Assembly: GCF_001194135.2 (NCBI RefSeq) | Contig: NC_068981.1 | Span: 95,040,413 to 95,076,749, forward strand | Length of the DNA stretch: 36,337 bases | DNA from: Octopus bimaculoides | Taxonomy: Eukaryota | Reading direction: 5' to 3' | In this document: one piece after another, positions 33,344 through 36,337 of the stretch | How the letters are laid out: every line of letters starts with the position of its first letter | Numbering within the stretch: position 1 is the first letter of the stretch | The notes under the pieces: model-generated | The model's input: the letters and a program-made list of their open reading frames with translations, nothing else | Told to the model about the DNA's origin: nothing | The model's database searches: none | Position numbers and translations under genes: made by a program

Positions 33344-35376
33344 GATATATGACAGACTTCTTTCAGTTTCTATCTACCAAATCCAGTCATATGGCTTTGG
33401 TTGGCTTGTGGCTATAGTAGATGACAATTACTCAAGGTACCATACAGTGAGACTGAACCCAGAACCATGTGTCTGGGAAGCAAACTTCAAACGACACAAC
33501 CATGCCTGTACCTAATATTTGAGGTTTTAGGATCCTATCATGAAAGTATTAGACAGTATTTTCCAATGTTTATATACTTGATATATTTTGAATTAATGAA
33601 GAACAATTGATTTCTTTTTGAATAGAAAATAGTATAATTAAGTGAATTGACCTGGGATATCATGGGCATTTATTCTATTGGTTTCAGGAAGGGATGAAAA
33701 CAAAATTTAAGCTTGAGAGAATCTGATCTTAGAATGCAGAACCAAATAAATACTGTAAGGCATATTGCCATCTCTGTCATTTTGAAATCCAATTATTTTA
33801 TAATCAACTCCAACAAACTTAAAAATAAATTAAATAAATGGAGATAGAATTAAAATATGAATTCATGGACTATGCTTTAACCCTTTAGAATTCAGACTAC
33901 TCTGTGAAACGAAATGCTTATATATTCACATTGTTATGAATAAATGATGCATTATCTCCTGGCTTTGAGATTTTGATGATGTTATTTTTAGGATGACATT
34001 GTAAGGCAGTTGTGTGAGGCTGAATTTGATTGGTTTGAACATAAATCAAGAAATTTGGGCTGGATTTAGCTGGTTTAAATGCTAAAGGTTAAACATTTTC
34101 AAGTGTTTCTGCACACGACAGTTTATTCTACAGTTTAGATATGAAGAGGCCTCAAATCTTTTGAGGGGTTACTTGTTTTAGAGACATGTTCTAGCCAGAA
34201 GACTCATCAGTATCAATTTCAGTACAGTAACAAAACAAAAAAATCATCCCTTTTGAGAAATGAGCAAGAATTTAAGTTTAGATATTTTTTTTAAACCATG
34301 AAACTAATAAAATAAATAAAATAATAAAGCATGAATCTTTCTGAACTGAAAAACTGAAGATTTAAAGAATGATTAATCAGGCACAAGTTTTTTTTTTGGA
34401 CTTGTTAGGAAAAATGGTTTTATTAATTGCTTTACAATTGTTTTTCCAGGTTGGTTAGAGATAATTGAAACTGCAGTGTGTGTGTTTATCACTCATTTTA
34501 TATAGAAAAAAAATAAATGTAAAAAAAAAAAAAAAAAAAATTTGAAGATAGAGCCTTTTAACCTGAGGTTAGGTATGTATTTTGTTAAGTTAGATTATTA
34601 TCTTTTGAAATAATCAACACCTTTGACTTACCATTTCTTAATATTCTGGGAGAACCCCTATTGCCCCAGTTTTTACCCTCAAACAATAAAGTAATTATAA
34701 GAGACCTCGTAGAATTTAAGAGATATTATTGCTAAGAACTTGACATAAATACTGTCTTTAGTGATATGACAATACTAACGAACAATGTAGAAACACATAA
34801 AAGCAAAATTAAAATTCTCAGTTCATCATTATCATTTGCTATTTATTTATTTTTTCTCATGCTTACATTGAGTTGGACAAATCTTTGTTCTACCACTTGT
34901 TATAGACCGTCACTTTCTAGAGGTTTTGCGTTATAAGACAACAGTTCACTACTTTCTCCATGCCTCCCTCTTCTGCAGACTCCTTCACTTGGATTCCTTG
35001 GTATTTCATCACATAAAAGTAATCCTTCACATATATTATATGTCCAAATCAGCATATTCTTCTCTACTGCATGTTGTGGCCAATTCCTCTTATGCTCATC
35101 TTTCTCAATTAGCTCAACTGTGCTTCAATTTTCAGGCATGCTCATGTTAAATATCCAATACAGTATGCTTGTCTTATTTCTATTTAGCCTTAGTACATTT
35201 TTCACTATTAATGTTGAATGAAAAGAAAATATATGAAAGATTAAGGAAAACAAGAATTTACATTATTATAAATACTTACTTTTTTTGTACAATGCTGATA
35301 TAAGGAGACACTGTTTTGTCAACAAATGATCCAAAACCCAGACGAAAGTCTTTAGTAATTTTAGACATGTCTGCAG
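7157..35376 (-). CDS. Integrin beta subunit (beta1/betaPS/pat-3-like), 5'-incomplete; 17 exons, 624 aa encoded in window
   Basis: Manual splicing gives one open frame: [45 protein letters not shown], four CxCGxCxC I-EGF repeats, TM, NPIY/NPQY tail, TAA. All introns GT-AG with matching phases. Paralog identity cannot be assigned without phylogeny. Confidence 0.97.
7350..7665 (-). mobile_element. SINE family A, diverged copy
   Basis: Homology to 12945-13330. Confidence 0.7.
7667..7937 (+). mobile_element. SINE family A, head-truncated copy
   Basis: ccaaccacatggttcttggttcagttccactgc...ccttgggcaagtgtctt; reverse complement of 12945-13350. Confidence 0.82.
7959..8142 (-). mobile_element. SINE family A 5' part with tandemly repeated 31-32-nt head
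   Basis: Units 8029-8060, 8061-8091, 8092-8122, partial 8123-8142. Confidence 0.85.
8149..8345. repeat. (TA)n / (TACA)n low-complexity tract
   Basis: Direct reading. Confidence 0.9.
8870..9024 (-). mobile_element. SINE family A 5' half
   Basis: gggcttctttcagtttccatctacgaaatccactcacaagg...cttaccacacaaccacgcct. Confidence 0.8.
9068..9234 (-). CDS. Integrin beta exon (TM and membrane-proximal tail): [55 protein letters not shown]
   Basis: Hydrophobic TM plus LLIWKL motif; 167 nt, phase 1 to 0. Confidence 0.97.
9473..9586 (-). CDS. Integrin beta exon (beta-tail): [23 protein letters not shown]...VKEKK
   Basis: C...D.DDC motif; 114 nt, phase 1/1. Confidence 0.94.
9915..10936 (+). mobile_element. 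Mariner transposon, decayed, 3'-truncated
   Basis: TA then TTGGGTCATCCC left TIR; [59 protein letters not shown]; multiple stops and frameshifts. Confidence 0.92.
11250..11493 (+). mobile_element. RTE LINE 3' UTR/tail fragment
   Basis: aaaagcaccc...aggaagggcatctagccatagaaa...atgccagcatggaag...gatgatgat, homologous to 30170-30342. Confidence 0.72.
11640..11942 (-). mobile_element. tRNA-derived SINE family B
   Basis: Minus-strand head TGGCTTAGTGG ... AGTTCAATTCCC then tgtgtccttgagcaagacactttatttc central motif; partial second copy at about 27520-27685. Confidence 0.72.
12290..12413 (-). CDS. Integrin beta exon (beta-tail): [15 protein letters not shown]...VKELR
   Basis: 124 nt, phase 0 to 1. 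Confidence 0.95.
12750..12842 (-). CDS. Integrin beta exon (I-EGF4): [31 protein letters not shown]
   Basis: 93 nt, phase 0/0; CNGxGxCxCG and CEECP motifs. Confidence 0.97.
12945..13390 (-). mobile_element. tRNA-derived SINE family A, near full length, with internal (TA)n/(CA)n
   Basis: Head GGTGCAGGAGTGGCTGTGTGG (A box), GGTTCAGTCCC (B box), CCTTGGGTAAGTGTCTT central motif; multiple homologs in window. Confidence 0.88.
14593..14705 (-). CDS. Integrin beta exon (I-EGF3): [37 protein letters not shown]
   Basis: 113 nt, phase 1 to 0, canonical splice sites. Confidence 0.96.
15084..15303 (+). mobile_element. piggyBac-type MITE (about 220 bp)
   Basis: TTAA|CCCTTTAG ... CTAAAGGG|TTAA; homologous to three other copies; strand is relative to those copies. 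Confidence 0.8.
15850..16045 (-). mobile_element. SINE family C, diverged
   Basis: B-box-like gagttcaaatc on minus strand; similar older piece at about 6010-6145. Confidence 0.5.
16227..16384 (-). CDS. Integrin beta exon (I-EGF2/3): [20 protein letters not shown]...CECDDYSC...LCG
   Basis: CSGRGxCxCG motif; 158 nt, phase 2 to 1. Confidence 0.97.
17270..17490 (-). mobile_element. SINE family D: tRNA-like head with RTE-derived tail
   Basis: Minus head tggctgcgtggttaagaaag...ggtttcggg; tail gacatccagccatagaaagtc...gatgg resembles the RTE 3' end. Confidence 0.55.
17845..17984 (-). CDS. Integrin beta exon (I-EGF1/2): [31 protein letters not shown]...KCI(R)
   Basis: Cys spacing of I-EGF; 140 nt, phase 0 to 2. 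Confidence 0.96.
18297..18381. repeat. (GA)n microsatellite
   Basis: Direct reading. Confidence 0.95.
18700..19375 (+). mobile_element. pogo-type (POGK-like) DDE_1 transposase fossil
   Basis: [20 protein letters not shown] and [23 protein letters not shown] motifs. Confidence 0.75.
20089..20235 (-). CDS. Integrin beta exon: VTFDVSIEV...[12 protein letters not shown]
   Basis: V.F.V.I and L..ICECEC hybrid/I-EGF1 junction; 147 nt, phase 0/0. Confidence 0.96.
20516..21350 (-). mobile_element. 5'-truncated RTE LINE 3' end with internal minisatellite
   Basis: Reverse complement of the 29820-30342 region ([17 protein letters not shown]; (CAT)n tail). Confidence 0.85.
21570..21789 (-). mobile_element. 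piggyBac-type MITE copy
   Basis: TTAA|TCCTTTAG ... CAAAAGGG|TTAA; reverse-complement homolog of 15084-15303. Confidence 0.78.
21809..21948 (-). mobile_element. RTE LINE extreme 3' tail fragment
   Basis: catcatcatcgtcatttaatgtccactttccatgctag...gagtttctacagctggatgccctt, near-identical to 20520-20655. Confidence 0.8.
22743..22800 (-). CDS. Integrin beta small exon (hybrid): [19 protein letters not shown]
   Basis: poly-T tract plus ag, gtttgt donor; 58 nt, phase 2 to 0; C..LKIG motif. Confidence 0.9.
24323..24399 (-). CDS. Integrin beta exon (hybrid): [25 protein letters not shown](G)
   Basis: tctttag acceptor, gtaaat donor; 77 nt, phase 0 to 2, matches next exon. Confidence 0.92.
25030..26420 (+). 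mobile_element. Tigger/CENP-B-type pogo transposase fossil
   Basis: [10 protein letters not shown] (CENP-B HTH-like), [40 protein letters not shown]; many stops; ends approximate. Confidence 0.65.
26590..26805 (-). mobile_element. SINE family A 3' half, diverged
   Basis: ggtttcagtc..ggattg..gaactgct..gttatg homology to 12945-13140; ends at (TA)n. Confidence 0.6.
26846..26917 (+). tRNA. tRNA-Asp (GTC), intronic and antisense to integrin; possibly pseudogenised
   Basis: TCCTCGGTAGTATAGTGGTAAGTATCCCCGCCTGTCACGCGGGAGACCGGGGTTCGATTCCCCGCTGGGGAG; anticodon GTC at 26879-26881; A and B boxes intact; G6:U67 wobble. Confidence 0.9.
26929..26971 (+). mobile_element. SINE family A head (interrupted by assembly gap)
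   Basis: aggcgtaggagtggctgtgtggtaagtagctagcttaccaacc then 100 N. Confidence 0.85.
26972..27071. other. Assembly gap (100 N)
   Basis: Run of N. Confidence 1.
27690..27900. repeat. Compound (CA)/(TA) microsatellite with 10-N gap
   Basis: Direct reading. Confidence 0.9.
28003..28188 (-). CDS. Integrin beta exon: [11 protein letters not shown]...[14 protein letters not shown]
   Basis: DYPS, VIFAVT, DSSNIV motifs; 186 nt, phase 0/0. Confidence 0.97.
28636..28713 (-). CDS. Integrin beta exon: [26 protein letters not shown]
   Basis: LGGIV.PNDG.CHL motif; 78 nt, tag acceptor, gtttgt donor. Confidence 0.96.
29119..29199 (-). CDS. Integrin beta exon: [27 protein letters not shown]
   Basis: IGWR and STD..FH.AGDGK motifs; 81 nt, phase 0/0. 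Confidence 0.97.
29330..30342 (+). mobile_element. 5'-truncated RTE LINE (RT C-terminus, 3' UTR, (GAT)n tail)
   Basis: [46 protein letters not shown]; ends ggacgttaaatgatggtgatgatg. Confidence 0.88.
30570..30758 (-). mobile_element. piggyBac-type MITE copy (internally deleted)
   Basis: TTAA|CTCTTTAG ... GAAGGG|TTAA; same internal sequence. Confidence 0.75.
32468..32554 (-). CDS. Integrin beta exon: [29 protein letters not shown]
   Basis: Conserved SGNLDxPEGGFDA metal-site motif; 87 nt, phase 0/0. Confidence 0.97.
32616..32646. repeat. (CA)n microsatellite in the 194-nt integrin intron
   Basis: Direct reading. Confidence 0.95.
32749..32833 (-). CDS. Integrin beta exon (specificity loop): [28 protein letters not shown]
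   Basis: cttttag acceptor, gtaagt donor; 85 nt, phase 2 to 0. Confidence 0.95.
33080..33512 (-). mobile_element. SINE family A, older near full-length copy
   Basis: Collinear with 12945-13390 including internal microsatellite. Confidence 0.8.
33881..34088 (-). mobile_element. piggyBac-type MITE copy
   Basis: TTAA|CCCTTTAG ... CTAAAGG|TTAA; same internal sequence. Confidence 0.78.
34900..35150 (-). mobile_element. Old RTE LINE C-terminal remnant
   Basis: LRKMSIRGI...RRIC*FGHI aligns with the [10 protein letters not shown]...LRWYGHV region seen at 29760-29840. Confidence 0.5.
35280..35376 (-). CDS. Integrin beta exon (betaI): [31 protein letters not shown](K)
   Basis: tttcag acceptor, gtaagt donor; 97 nt, phase 1 to phase 2. 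Confidence 0.95.
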
Positions 35377-35923
35377 CTGAAATAGGATAATAGATTAAAT
35401 AAAAAAAAATTAAACAGATTACTCCAAATTTCATTAAATCAAACTTTATGTTTTATGATCTTAACAGCAAAAAGTTAGTCTCAATTAAGTTATTTCTTAG
35501 ATTACATTCCTTAACATTATTCATGAATAATTCCAAAGGGAAATAACATGGTTGAACAGATAAGGTAGTGGACTACCAACTTAATATGTTAATTTTTTTG
35601 TGTATTGTTTCTTTGCTTTGTTCCAAGTGTCAGAATTTTGTGTAGTAACTAAATGTGGGAAGAGTCACAATATTAATTCCTCTATTTTCTCATATACTGC
35701 TTACATGTCTTAATGTTAATTCTCCTGTGTTGAAGTGAGCTTCAAAAGTTGAGCGGTATTTTTGAGGTATACTAAGCATGATTGTCATTGACTGACATAG
35801 CTAAGCATTTGAAATTTGAAATTACAGCAGAATACTGAATGTCAGGCATCCTTCTAAATGCATTTTGAGAGAGAGAGAGAGAGAGTGAGATAGAGTGTGT
35901 ATGTGTGTTATACATAAATGAAT

Positions 35924-36337
35924 GCTATCCGAGTTGATAGTACCAGGGTAGATAAAGCAATTAAGAGTATGAAGACCGGGAAAGCCCCCGGCCCATCAGG
36001 AATCACTGCAGAGATGCTCAAAATATCTGGCAGTGTTGGCTATAGCCTAGTCACCCGTATTACGAACCAGGTGATACACGAAGGAGTCATACCCTATGAC
36101 TGGTGTAGCAGCATCATAGTCAACTGCTACAAAGGTAAAGGGGACGCTTTAGATACAAATAATTACAGAGGCATCAAGCTGTTAGATCAGGTTATGAAAG
36201 TTACAGAGAGGGTCATAGCCCAACTAATTAGGGAGCGAATCAATTTAGATGAGATGCAGTTTGGGTTCGTGCCAGGTAAAAGCACTACTGATGCCTTATT
36301 TCTAGTGAGACAGTTGCAAGAGAAATACCTAGCCAAG
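35924..36337 (+). mobile_element. RTE-clade LINE RT fragment, young (runs off right edge)
   Basis: 138 stop-free codons: KAPGPSGI..EMLK, NYRGIKLL, QFGFVPGKSTTDA; 6 mismatches in 103 nt versus the left-edge copy. Confidence 0.94.

Noticed and set aside
34631-34730. Strong minus-strand gtaagt donor as a possible alternative specificity-loop exon
   Set aside because: No Cys-loop or YGF motif, stops in relevant frames, no suitable acceptor
35371-35378. Tandem in-frame acceptor 6 nt inside the first exon
   Set aside because: The distal site gives the L-A-A-D-M spacing typical of beta integrins; nothing supports use of the proximal site
35705-35800. 96-nt minus-strand segment with ag/gtaagc boundaries and an open frame (LCQSMTIMLSIPQKYRSTFEAHFNTGELTLRH)
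   Set aside because: Phase 0/0 cannot join the phase-1 acceptor at 35376, the compatible frame has a stop, and it lacks the expected DLSxS MIDAS motif

Overview
AT-rich, repeat-dense eukaryotic DNA. The SINE/RTE repeat landscape suggests an Octopus-like coleoid cephalopod; this is inferred from family resemblance, not a database search. The main feature is the 3' three-quarters of an integrin beta subunit gene on the minus strand. I assembled 17 GT-AG exons by hand between 35376 and 7157. They are phase-consistent, total 1877 nt, and run from the betaI domain through hybrid, four I-EGF, beta-tail and TM segments to an NPxY/NPxY cytoplasmic tail and stop. The signal peptide, PSI and MIDAS exons are not in the window. 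Introns and flanks carry tRNA-derived SINEs (family labels A-D are my own within-window grouping), RTE LINE pieces (including young copies at both window ends), a Penelope remnant, mariner and two pogo/Tigger-type fossils, four TTAA-flanked piggyBac-type MITEs, microsatellites and one tRNA-Asp(GTC). Less explained items: a well-bounded 222-nt plus-strand open exon of an unidentified convergent gene (1981-2202), a 69-nt/23-aa STPR-like repeat (about 300-570), a SINE with a tandemly multimerised A-box head, a tRNA-Asp abutting a SINE head without an obvious terminator, and several hairpins. No prokaryotic-type system or CRISPR array is present. Two N gaps (26972-27071, 27845-27854) limit interpretation.
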